Origin: Myxococcota bacterium
GTDB taxonomy: Bacteria; Myxococcota_A; UBA9160; UBA4427
NCBI GenBank assembly: GCA_965250285.1
Contig: OZ252299.1
Span: 640,001-704,000 of the forward strand
DNA: 64,000 nt
Direction of reading: 5' to 3'
This document shows, piece after piece, positions 51,134 to 60,580 of this stretch (position 1 is the stretch's first letter; each line of letters opens with the position of its first letter). The position numbers and the translations under genes were made by a program. Below the pieces are notes generated by a model. The model was not told the origin of the DNA. It did not search any database and worked only from the letters and a program-made list of their open reading frames with translations.

Positions 51134-52755
51134 GAGGAGCGTCCTTTCTCGGTGTCTCGATGGGTCGGGATGCGGCGCGCGCCCGGCCGATCGCCCCGTC
51201 GGGCGGCGCGCCAGGTCGAGCCCACGACGGCCAACGCCGCGGCGTAGCCGAGCGCGTGGGGATGCTGCTGGTAGGCCGTCACGATCCGTGACGGATGGAC
51301 GTCGGCGACGACGACCTCGGCGACGCCGCGTCCACTCACCGCGACCACATCGCCTCGCGCATCGATGAGGGCCGAGTAGCCGTTGGTCGCGGCCCGAACG
51401 ACGGGGCGTCGATTCTCGATGGCGCGCAGGCGCGCGGAGAGCATCTGATGCCGCGCCGCCCGCTCTGCGGTGAACCAGCCGTCGTTCGACGGGTTGGCGA
51501 GCAGCGTCGCCCCGGCGCGGCTGAGCTCGCGGGCTACGTGCGGGAACAGCACTTCGCCGCAGATGAAACCGCCGACGTGCGCTCCCCGAGCCACCAGAGG
51601 ATGAAACGACGCGCCCGGTGCATAGCCGGCCGTTTCGACCGGCAGCAGGCCGTCGAGCGGGTCGTACTCGGCGAAGGGCACCAGCGCGCGCTTGTCGGTG
51701 CGGCCCGCTAGCTCGCCATCGCGCACAAGAAAGAGCGATGCGAAGTACGCCGGGCGGGGATGGTCGTTGCGGTAATGAGGTGCGCCGAAGACGAGATCGG
51801 TGCCGAGCGATCGCACCTGCCGAACGAACGCTGCACGCAGCTCGGTCGCTTCGCGCGGATAGAAGCCGACCGCATGCTCGGGCCACACGAGGAGATCGGG
51901 CGCGTCGGCCATCGCGGCTCGGCTGAGCGCGATCTGATGATCGACCCGCCGTGCGTCCGGCTCCTCCCGGTGGCTCGGTGCGTAGCCTGGCTGAATCACC
52001 GCAACGCGCATCGAGGCGGTCGCCGCGTCGCCTTCCTCGACTTGCGCTGCACCGAGGCATCCCAGGACGACGAAGCCGAACACGACGGCGAGGGCGAGCG
52101 GTGCATCGCGGCGGGGGACGCGTCCGCGAAGCTCGGGCCGGAACACCGACGCGACGAGGGCCGCTGTCGTGGCCGCGAGACCCGTGACGCCGAATCCGCC
52201 AATCCACTCGGCTGCTTGAGCCGTCGGTGCGCCGACCTGGCTGAGGCCCAGCATCGCATACGGATTCGGCACGACGCCCGCCGCCCGGGCCAGCTCGGCC
52301 AGCATGAACGCGCCCCCGACGACGAGAGGAGAGACGGGTCCACGTCGTGTCCGCCAGCTGAGCCACGCGCCGAGCACCACGTACGGCGGCGCGTTGACAC
52401 CGAGCGCGAGCAGGACGAAACCGATCGCCGACGCCAGCTTCGATACCCCGAAGTAGCCTTCGAGCGTCGACGGGAACCACGATGCCACGACGGCCGTGGC
52501 CGCGACCGTCCACAGCGCCGACACGAGCGCCGCCGTCGAGGGGCGGATCGATGGGCCCACCAGGCCCGTGAACAGCGGCGCAAGAGCGACGAGGCCGAGC
52601 GGAGCACGCATCGAGGGCGAGGCGACGGTGAGCGAAAGCCCGTAGAGCAACCCGCTGACCATGGCGAGTACGGGCGCTGAGCTCAGGACCGTCGTTGCGT
52701 CCCACTCTGCGTCGGCGCCGAAGGCCGACGATCTGGTCGTGCGAACCGTATCCAT
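51130..52755 (-). CDS. lnt: Apolipoprotein N-acyltransferase
   Basis: TM N-terminus; nitrilase triad WPE, K.LVPFAEY, ICGE; SNDGWF; RAIENRR; RAATNGYS; start uncertain. Confidence 0.88.
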   Translation of the reverse strand: MDTVRTTRSSAFGADAEWDATTVLSSAPVLAMVSGLLYGLSLTVASPSMRAPLGLVALAPLFTGLVGPSIRPSTAALVSALWTVAATAVVASWFPSTLEGYFGVSKLASAIGFVLLALGVNAPPYVVLGAWLSWRTRRGPVSPLVVGGAFMLAELARAAGVVPNPYAMLGLSQVGAPTAQAAEWIGGFGVTGLAATTAALVASVFRPELRGRVPRRDAPLALAVVFGFVVLGCLGAAQVEEGDAATASMRVAVIQPGYAPSHREEPDARRVDHQIALSRAAMADAPDLLVWPEHAVGFYPREATELRAAFVRQVRSLGTDLVFGAPHYRNDHPRPAYFASLFLVRDGELAGRTDKRALVPFAEYDPLDGLLPVETAGYAPGASFHPLVARGAHVGGFICGEVLFPHVARELSRAGATLLANPSNDGWFTAERAARHQMLSARLRAIENRRPVVRAATNGYSALIDARGDVVAVSGRGVAEVVVADVHPSRIVTAYQQHPHALGYAAALAVVGSTWRAARRGDRPGARRIPTHRDTEKGRSS

Positions 52756-52868
52756 CCAGCCTCGTCCGCGTGCGACATGGCAGAACGCCAAGGGAAGCGT
52801 CGAGCATACATTCCCGTGTGTGTGTATGGGAGAATCATGTGCGCGTGACAAGGCGTGTGGCACCGATC

Positions 52869-52884
52869 TGTCACTCAGATCACA
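52869..52884. promoter_or_regulatory. CRP/FNR-family-like box TGTGA-TCTGAG-TGACA (minus strand)
   Basis: 9/10 match to TGTGA-N6-TCACA, about 115 bp upstream of the lnt-cyclase operon. Confidence 0.45.
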
Positions 52885-53209
52885 CGATTGTCCGATTGCA
52901 CCCGCGAGGAGGCCTCAGATTCGCGCGAGGCGAGTCGGGGCACATCGCGTGTCTCGAAAAGCGGGGTTGCCCGGGTTGTGCGTCTCGTCACCGGTGTGTG
53001 TCGCGCGATTCAACGGTCGAGATGGCGTCGGTCTGGTCTCATTGGGATCGATCGGCGCGACGAGGGCGTGCGAAAAGCATCTCGCTGTCCGGTTCGCAAT
53101 CATGTTCGGGCCGATCATGTGGAGAATGAGCTGCGCCGTGCGCACGCGCACACACGAATGTGCGCACGACCCACTTGTCCGTACGTCCAAGAACCGAAGG
53201 AGGAATGCC

Positions 53210-53617
53210 ATGCTCGACACGATCTTGAAGGAACACGGGCCCGAGCTGCTCGCGGCCCTGACGGGCGGGGGCGGCCTCGATGGGGACCAGGCCGACCGCC
53301 TCTTGCAGCCCGCGCTGAGCGGGATCGGCGAGGCGCTCACCGGGGGCCGTCTCGATCTCGGGCAGCTGCTCGGCGGCGGTGACGCCGCCGCCTCGTCACT
53401 CCTGGGGCAGCTCGATGTCGGCGCCATCGCGTCCGCGGCCGGACTGACCGAAGGGCAGGCGGGCGGCGGCCTCGCCAGCCTCGTCCCGATCGTGCTCTCG
53501 CTGCTCGCGCAGCAGGGCGGCGGCGCCGATGGCTTGCTGTCGATGCTCGGCGGAAGCGGAGGGGCCGCCGAGAAGCTGGGAGGCCTCGCCGGGAAGCTCT
53601 TCGGCGGTGATGGCTGA
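53210..53617 (+). CDS. Gly/Leu-rich hypothetical protein (YidB/DUF937-like)
   Basis: GGAGG RBS; IASAAGL...QA..GL..LVP; ends GGLAGKLFG. Confidence 0.65.
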   Translation: MLDTILKEHGPELLAALTGGGGLDGDQADRLLQPALSGIGEALTGGRLDLGQLLGGGDAAASSLLGQLDVGAIASAAGLTEGQAGGGLASLVPIVLSLLAQQGGGADGLLSMLGGSGGAAEKLGGLAGKLFGGDG

Positions 53618-53694
53618 AGACCGTCGTTCGATCGCGCGCCCGACGCAGCCGATGGCGTCGGGCGCGCTTCGTTTCGACCGCCGATCGCCAGCGC

Positions 53695-54795
53695 TCAGGT
53701 TTCGAACAGCTTCGAGAGCTTCGCGGTGTTGCTGCCGTGCTGCGCGATCCCGAGCATCAGCAGCAGCCGCGCCTTCGGGCCGTCGAGGTTGCCGCCCAGG
53801 ATGCAGCCGCGCTTCAGCAGGTCGGCCCCGCCGCCGACGTCGCCATACGATGGCTCGACCGCGCCCCAGTCAACCCGGCTCGTGATCACGACGACGATGC
53901 CCTTCGCGATGGCCTCGCTGATTGCTTTGGCCAAAGCCGGGTTCACGTTGCCCGCACCCACGGCGTCGATGACGAGCCCTTGCACGCCGCTCGCGATGGC
54001 CTGACGCACGTAGCGACCATCATCGCCGGCGAAGGTGGCGAGATAGGCGATCTCGGGCAGCGCGTCGGGGATGGGCAGCCGTTTCGTCTCGGGACCCTCG
54101 TGAAAGCGCTGGACCTCCCCGTCGTAGACGTAGCCGAGGTAGCCCTGCTCGCCCGACTCGAAGGTCTGCACGTTGGTCGTGTGTGTCTTGCGCACCCAGC
54201 GCGCCGCGTTCACGTATCGATTGAGCGTGACGGTCACGGGCCAGTCGCGCGCAGCCGGCGAGAGCACCTGCGTCACCGCGTTGAGCAGGTTGTTCGGCCC
54301 ATCCGGATCGCGACTCGATGCGGCGTTCATCGCTCCGGTGAATACGACGGGCTTGTCCTTTCGGCGAGTCATCTCGAGGAACCAGGCGCCCTCGGCCATC
54401 GTGTCGGTGCCATGCGTGACGACGACCCCCGCGACGTCGCGGCGGGCGAGGACGTCGTTGACCGTTCGACCGAGGCCGGCCCACATCTCGGGGGTCATGT
54501 GCGAGCTGTCGATGTTCGAGTACTCGAGCACGCCAATGTTCGCGAGCGTCTTCAGCTCGGGGACGGCCGCGACGAGATCGGCGCCAGAGAGGGCGGGCTT
54601 CGCGCCGCCGCTCACACCGGCCTTCTCGGCGATCGTCCCACCCGTCGCCACGATCGCGACGTTCGGCAGGTTGCGGTCCCGGTCGCCGAAGTCGAGCTGG
54701 CTCGCATCGACGCCGGGGGCGGAGGTGTCGGCGATGCCGCCGTTGGGCGCGAAAAGGAAGAGCGCGGTGATCGAGATCAGGGCGAGCCTGAGCAT
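53695..54795 (-). CDS. Secreted L-asparaginase (type II-like)
   Basis: Signal peptide; ATGGTIA; THGTDTM; KPVVFTGAM; GAGN. Confidence 0.92.
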   Translation of the reverse strand: MLRLALISITALFLFAPNGGIADTSAPGVDASQLDFGDRDRNLPNVAIVATGGTIAEKAGVSGGAKPALSGADLVAAVPELKTLANIGVLEYSNIDSSHMTPEMWAGLGRTVNDVLARRDVAGVVVTHGTDTMAEGAWFLEMTRRKDKPVVFTGAMNAASSRDPDGPNNLLNAVTQVLSPAARDWPVTVTLNRYVNAARWVRKTHTTNVQTFESGEQGYLGYVYDGEVQRFHEGPETKRLPIPDALPEIAYLATFAGDDGRYVRQAIASGVQGLVIDAVGAGNVNPALAKAISEAIAKGIVVVITSRVDWGAVEPSYGDVGGGADLLKRGCILGGNLDGPKARLLLMLGIAQHGSNTAKLSKLFET

Positions 54796-54868
54796 GGTGC
54801 CTCCAGGGCGGGTTCGAGTCGGCGCGCAGTGGGTGGTGCGCGCATCGAATGCACGAGGTGGGAGCGGC

Positions 54869-55717
54869 TCAGCGGGCGTCGTATTCGGGCGCGCCCGGAG
54901 CGCGGTAGCGATCCATCGGGCTGCGCAGTCCGTCGCTCCCGAAATACCACCCCCCGCCACGTGGCGCATCGAAGAGCAGCTGAATGATGACGCGCGCGCC
55001 GTCGGCTGGCTGCTTCATTCCGGCCTCTTCGGGCGTGCGCCCGCTCAGCGTCTCGCGACCGAGGTCGGTGTCGATGTAGCCCGGTGTGCAGGCGTTGACG
55101 AGCAGGTCGGGATGGCGCCGAGTCAGAATCAACGTGAGCAGGTTCGCGCAGGCCTTCGAGAAGCCATAGGCCGCGCCGCCGCCCATGCCCGCCTGGCCGA
55201 GGTCGCGCTCATCGACGCAGCTCTCCATGAGCGCGCTCAGGGCCTCCCACCTCGCGTGGGGATCGGTGAAGAATGCCTGGCGTTCGGGCCAGCAGCGCGC
55301 GACGAAGTTCGGGCCGGCGGCCGAGGTCACGTTGATGATCCGCCCTCCGGCCGCGACGAGAGGCGCGAAGGCATCGCACATGCGGCGGATGCCGTAGACG
55401 TTCACGTCGCACACCTCGGCGATCGTGCCGGTGATGGCGCCGGCGTTGTTCACCACAGCGTGGAGGGCATCGCCACCCGCTTCGACCCGTCTGGCCGCAG
55501 CGCGCACCGACGCATCGGAGCCCACGTCGAGCTCGAGTACGTCGACGCGTTCGGCGATTTCGGGGTGGGCGGCGATGAGGGCTTGCCGCGCCGACTCGCC
55601 TCGCTCGAGGTCGCGTGCGCCGAGCCAGACGCGGACGTCGGCGTGCTCGCGCAGGGCCGCCTCGCAGACCGCGAGGCCGATGCCCTTGTTCGCTCCTGTA
55701 ACGACGATGTGCTTCAT
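54869..55717 (-). CDS. SDR family oxidoreductase (carbonyl reductase-like)
   Basis: TGANKGIG; NNAG; YGFSK; PGYIDTD. Confidence 0.9.
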   Translation of the reverse strand: MKHIVVTGANKGIGLAVCEAALREHADVRVWLGARDLERGESARQALIAAHPEIAERVDVLELDVGSDASVRAAARRVEAGGDALHAVVNNAGAITGTIAEVCDVNVYGIRRMCDAFAPLVAAGGRIINVTSAAGPNFVARCWPERQAFFTDPHARWEALSALMESCVDERDLGQAGMGGGAAYGFSKACANLLTLILTRRHPDLLVNACTPGYIDTDLGRETLSGRTPEEAGMKQPADGARVIIQLLFDAPRGGGWYFGSDGLRSPMDRYRAPGAPEYDAR

Positions 55718-55834
55718 CGCGGGCCGAGACCTCCGGGTCGCCGAGGCCCGACGTCGAACCGACCGAAGTGTGGGTCTCGCGGATGATCCGACCCGTGGCT
55801 GCGGGTCGAGTTTCGTTCTAGATGCATGCGTTCC

Positions 55835-56668
55835 TCATCTGATGTCGCCTCGGTCGCCGACCGGAGGCACGTCCGGGCAGCTTGCCGGCGGATCGCGCCG
55901 GGCGGGTGCGTTCGTTTGGTATGGATCAGGAAACCATGGGTCGGGACACCCCGCGCACAGCCCCTCGTCGCACTCCGTGCGGTCCCGGTCGCACGCCGAG
56001 CATGGGCTCCCCTCGACGTACGGCGCAGCGGCATTGAAGTTGCCGACCGGGTGATAGTCGCAGACGAACGAAAAGCCGCCCTCGCATCCCGTCACGAGAG
56101 CGCAGCCGACGTAGCGGGTCGCCGCCCAGATCATCTGCGTGAAGTGACGGCAGCTCGGACCCGAGCAGTGGGCGTCGTGAGGCCCGAACTGCCATGTCAG
56201 GGCCTCGTCGGCCCACTCGGTCTGCATTCGCGCGGGCAGTGCCGAAGGCTCGACCTCGCCCGTCCCCGTCAGCATGTTCTCACCGGTGAAGATGCCGTCG
56301 CGCCTGCCGCCCGACCAGAGCTTCTGGATCCACGGGGCGCGGTAGCGGGTCTCGCCCGCTCGGTGGGCCGCGAGATGCTTCTGCTCGAGATCTGGATTGT
56401 GCGCGATGCCCGGGCACGTCGCGGCATGATCGGCTGCGACCTTCGCGAGGCCCTCGTCCCAGAGCAGCCGGTTCATGTTGGCTGCGGGGGGCAGCTTGCC
56501 GGTGGCTCCGGGCTGCTCGCCGCTGGCGACGGTCGACCGGACCGCGTTGTGAAAGTCGAGGATGAGCTGCTTGTCGGCCGTGCTGAGCTGCACGACTTCG
56601 CCGGCACCGCTCTCGATCGGCAGCAGCAGCCACGGCAGCACCAGAACGACTTGCACGCGTCGGGACAT
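55835..56668 (-). CDS. Secreted CAP/SCP-domain protein with Cys-rich hinge
   Basis: Signal peptide; HNAVR; GEN; HFTQMIWA; FVCDYHPVGN; PY..G.PC..C. Confidence 0.88.
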   Translation of the reverse strand: MSRRVQVVLVLPWLLLPIESGAGEVVQLSTADKQLILDFHNAVRSTVASGEQPGATGKLPPAANMNRLLWDEGLAKVAADHAATCPGIAHNPDLEQKHLAAHRAGETRYRAPWIQKLWSGGRRDGIFTGENMLTGTGEVEPSALPARMQTEWADEALTWQFGPHDAHCSGPSCRHFTQMIWAATRYVGCALVTGCEGGFSFVCDYHPVGNFNAAAPYVEGSPCSACDRDRTECDEGLCAGCPDPWFPDPYQTNAPARRDPPASCPDVPPVGDRGDIR

Positions 56669-56822
56669 CCGCGTTTCTCCGTCGAGAACGATCTCGGGCA
56701 GGGTAGGGGAGATCGGCGAGGATCTGGTCTCGGGCGCAGCCGGCTGCTCGATTGACTCGATTCGCCCCGTCAGTAGGATGGCCAGGCCGGGCGCTTTCAG
56801 GCCGCCCAGGAGGAGAGCCGCC

Positions 56823-57977
56823 ATGCCCGACGATCTCTCGACAATGCCCGTCATCGATGTCGACACGCACTGGACGGAGCCGCGGGATCTCTGGACCTCT
56901 CGGGCGCCGGCGAAGTTCAGGGACAAGACGCTTCGCGTCGTCGAGAAGGAGCCCGGGGTCGAGCGATGGATCATCGGCGACGACATGGAGATCGGGCAGG
57001 TGGGCTACTGCTCGATCCGGCCCGACGGCAGCAAGAGCTCGGGGCAGATCGCGTTCGACACGTACGACGAAGTCCATCCGGGTGCGATCGATGTCGCGCC
57101 CCGTTTGGCGTACATGGACGAGCACGGTCTCACCGTGCAGATCGTTTACCCCAACGTCCTCGGTTTTGCCGGGCATCTCGTCATGCGCATCGACGATCCA
57201 GCGCATCGCTCCTTCTGCGTGACCGCCTACAACGATGCCGCAGCCGAGATGCAGGCCGAGAGTCGTGGACGCCTCTACCCCCAGGCGATGCTCCCGTTCT
57301 GGGATATCGACGCGTCGGTACGCGAGATCGAGCGATGCCGCGAATCGCTGGGCCTGCGCGGCCTGATCCTCAGCGATGCGATGGATCGGTGGAAGCTGCC
57401 GCCGCTCTCCGATCCGCACTGGGATCCGATCTGGGCAGCGGCCCAGGATCGCGATATGCCCATCAATTTTCATATCGGTGCGGGCATGATCACGCCGCGT
57501 GTCTGGGCGGCCTATCCGCCCGAGCGGATGTTCGCCGCGCTCTCGACCATGTCGCAGATGGGCAACATGGCCTGCATCACGAATCTCATCTACAGCGGGC
57601 TGCTCGACCGATTCCCCCGACTCAACTTCGTCAGCGTCGAGAGCGGCGTCGGCTGGTTGCCCTTCCTGCTCGAGAGCCTCGACTATCAGTACGTCGAGAA
57701 CCGCGTGACCGATCTCGAGCTGAAGCCCACCGAGTACTTCCAGCGACAGATCTACGGCTCGTACTGGTTCGAGTCGGACATCGCCGACTCGGTGCGACGG
57801 CTCGGTGAAGACCACATCATGTTCGAGACCGACTTCCCTCACGCGACGTGCCTGTACCCGAACGTCCGCGCCCAGGTGCAGGCGACCCACAAGGAACTCG
57901 AACCGCGCGTGCAGCGGAAGCTGCTGTATCAGAACGCGGCGCGGCTCTACGACATCGATCCGCACGTCGTGGGGTAG
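56823..57977 (+). CDS. Amidohydrolase_2 family protein
   Basis: IDVDTH; AYND; FHIG; VESGVGW; FETDFPH. Confidence 0.9.
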   Translation: MPDDLSTMPVIDVDTHWTEPRDLWTSRAPAKFRDKTLRVVEKEPGVERWIIGDDMEIGQVGYCSIRPDGSKSSGQIAFDTYDEVHPGAIDVAPRLAYMDEHGLTVQIVYPNVLGFAGHLVMRIDDPAHRSFCVTAYNDAAAEMQAESRGRLYPQAMLPFWDIDASVREIERCRESLGLRGLILSDAMDRWKLPPLSDPHWDPIWAAAQDRDMPINFHIGAGMITPRVWAAYPPERMFAALSTMSQMGNMACITNLIYSGLLDRFPRLNFVSVESGVGWLPFLLESLDYQYVENRVTDLELKPTEYFQRQIYGSYWFESDIADSVRRLGEDHIMFETDFPHATCLYPNVRAQVQATHKELEPRVQRKLLYQNAARLYDIDPHVVG

Positions 57978-58231
57978 TGGGCAGCCCCGGATCGCGTTCG
58001 GCACACGAGGGCGCGGGCCCTTCATGCGGGCGCAGCCCATGTGCAAGCGGTCCGCGGCGCGACCGGCTCGGCCGCGCGTTTTCGCGCCACGCGGGTCCGA
58101 GAGCGACGGTCGCCGCGGCGAGGGGATCGGGCCCCGCTGGCCGCTCGTATGTGACGATCGATACCATGCCAGGCCGGCGGGGTGCCGACGAGAGGAGGGC
58201 GTGAGCCGCTCTCCGGCTCGGGAGCCCCGTC

Positions 58232-58603
58232 ATGCTCGAGTTCGAATCGATGCCTCCGATTCATCCCGCGCGCGCTTCGCGAGCGACTCTGGTTCGCCTC
58301 GTCGCGCTGGTCTCGTTCGCGCTGGCCCTGGGCGCATGCAGCTCGAAGACGCACACGATCTGGAAGCACGACGAGCTGAGCAGCACCGCAGATCTGAACC
58401 GGGATCACTTCGAGTGCCGCATGCAGTTGAAGGAAGACATCCCGGAGTCGACGGGCCCGCAGGCCGACCCCGAGGCCGCTGCCTGGAACTTCATGAAGGA
58501 CGTTCAGTTCAGGCAGTCGCGTACGTCGCACTACGAAGCGTGCATGGTCGAACGCGGCTGGTACCAGGTCGAGGTGCCAGTCGGGGAGCTCGCCGCGAAG
58601 TAG
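58232..58603 (+). CDS. Hypothetical lipoprotein
   Basis: Lipobox LALGA-C; W.H...EC...ACM.ERGW pattern; start may be 58250. Confidence 0.7.
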   Translation: MLEFESMPPIHPARASRATLVRLVALVSFALALGACSSKTHTIWKHDELSSTADLNRDHFECRMQLKEDIPESTGPQADPEAAAWNFMKDVQFRQSRTSHYEACMVERGWYQVEVPVGELAAK

Positions 58604-58893
58604 CACGCACCGTTCGCGAGCTGAACGGCCGCGGGCCGCCCGGCGCGCGCGGCGCGACCCCGATCTGGACAGAGACGATCCTGCGTCCATCGCGTCCCGG
58701 CAGCCCGGGCTCGCGCGTGAAACTGCGCCGCTGACCGCGCAGCTTTGCCCCGCTGACCGAGCGCCCGCCCGCATCCACGACGTCGGGTGGTAGTGCCGTC
58801 GCGCAGGCCGACTTAGAATCGAGCGCGCGCGAGCGGAGACCATTTCGCCCGCGCGTCGCCGCGCCCCTGCCAGCCACCCGCCACAGGACCGAG

Positions 58894-60519
58894 ATGTCGA
58901 CCCAGATCGCCGGTGAAGAGAGCCCGACCCTCCAGCGGTCGATCGGATTCATCGGCCTCACGTTCGTCGCAGTGGGGGGCATCGTCGGTTCGGGCTGGCT
59001 CTTTGCACCGCTGCTCACCAGCCAGCTCGCTGGCCCTGCTGCGATCGTCTCATGGGTGCTCGGTGGCACGGCGATGCTCGTGCTCGCGCTCTGCTTCGCC
59101 GAGGTCGCGGGGGTGCTCCCGGTCGCGGGCGGCATCGCACGAATCCCGCACATGACGCACGGCGATGTCACGAGTGCCGTGCTCGGGTGGTCGGCTTGGG
59201 TGGGGTACAACACGGCCGCGCCGATCGAGACGATCGCCATGCTCCGCTACCTGGCCGTCGACTGGCCGTGGCTGGTCGTCGGTGACACCAACCAGGGGGC
59301 ACTGACCCCGGCCGGGATGGCGGTGGCCATTGCGTTGCTCGTGACGTTCGTCGTGATCAACGCATTCGGCGTGGCGATCTTCGCGCGCGCGAATGCGGTG
59401 ATCACGGTGATCAAGATCGGCATCCCCGTGGCCGTCGCCGCGGCGATCCTCTGGGCTCGCTTCGAACCGTCGAACTTCACGGCGGGCGACGGCTTCGCGC
59501 CCTATGGCGCCGAGGGGATCTTTGCGGCCATCTCGAGCGGTGGGGTCATCTTCAGCCTGATCGGCTTTCGCCACGCGATCGACATGGCTGGCGAGGTGCG
59601 CCACCCGCGCGTCGTGATCCCCGCGGCGCTCGCGTTCTCACTGATCATCTGCGTTGCGATCTACGTCCTGCTCGACATCGCCTTCGTCGCATCTCTCGAT
59701 CCGTCCCTCCTCGGTCAAGGCTGGTCGAGCCTCCACTTCGACCACGACCTGGGGCCTTTTGCCGCTGTGGCCGTCGCGCTCGGCATCGGTTGGATCGGGG
59801 TCACGCTCAGCGCGGGCGCCGTGATCAGCCCATTCGGTGGCGGGCTCGTCTCGACCGGCTCGATGGCGAGACTCAGCTACGCGCTCAGTCAGAACCGCAT
59901 CTTCCCCGGCTACTTCGAAGCGCTCTCGGCGCGCGGTGTCCCGTTGCGCTGCTTGCTGCTCAACCTCGCATTCGGCGCGGCCGTCGTGCTCTTCGTGCCC
60001 TTCAACGAAGCGGTCGCGTTGAATGGTGCCGCCATCACGCTCTCGTTCTGTGCGGGTCCGCTCGCGGTCTACGCGTTGCGTTCGCAGTATCCCGACGCCG
60101 AGCGTCGGTTCAGCCTGCCCTTTGCGGGGGTCATGGCGCCGATCAGCTTCGTGGTCGCGACGTTGATCATCTATTGGAGCGGTTGGGACACGACCTGGCG
60201 ACTCGCGGCGAGCGTGATCGTCGGTCTCGCGCTCTTCGCGGCGCGGATGCGTGCCGAGAAGGTCACGCTCGAAGAGATCGATCTCCGGTCGGCCGGGTGG
60301 CTGCCGCCGTATCTGCTCGGGCTCGTCGTCGTGAGCTACATCGGCCACTACGGCGGCGGCGCCGGGATGCTGCGCTTTCCATGGGACGCCGGCGTCGTGA
60401 CCGTCTTCGCCCTGATCGTGTTTGCGCTGGCCCATCGCCTTCGACTCGACAATGAGAAGGCCGCGCTCTACCGCGAGCGCTACCAGACCGATCCGCCGCC
60501 CGACATGACGCCGATCTGA
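58894..60519 (+). CDS. APC-family amino acid permease
   Basis: GGIVGSGWLF; GGIAR.P; AGEV; about 14 TM segments. Confidence 0.93.
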   Translation: MSTQIAGEESPTLQRSIGFIGLTFVAVGGIVGSGWLFAPLLTSQLAGPAAIVSWVLGGTAMLVLALCFAEVAGVLPVAGGIARIPHMTHGDVTSAVLGWSAWVGYNTAAPIETIAMLRYLAVDWPWLVVGDTNQGALTPAGMAVAIALLVTFVVINAFGVAIFARANAVITVIKIGIPVAVAAAILWARFEPSNFTAGDGFAPYGAEGIFAAISSGGVIFSLIGFRHAIDMAGEVRHPRVVIPAALAFSLIICVAIYVLLDIAFVASLDPSLLGQGWSSLHFDHDLGPFAAVAVALGIGWIGVTLSAGAVISPFGGGLVSTGSMARLSYALSQNRIFPGYFEALSARGVPLRCLLLNLAFGAAVVLFVPFNEAVALNGAAITLSFCAGPLAVYALRSQYPDAERRFSLPFAGVMAPISFVVATLIIYWSGWDTTWRLAASVIVGLALFAARMRAEKVTLEEIDLRSAGWLPPYLLGLVVVSYIGHYGGGAGMLRFPWDAGVVTVFALIVFALAHRLRLDNEKAALYRERYQTDPPPDMTPI

Positions 60520-60580
60520 CGTCGACTCGCGATCGGCTGTCATCGACCTCGGGATCTCGGCCGAAGCCCGAGCGGCGGCG

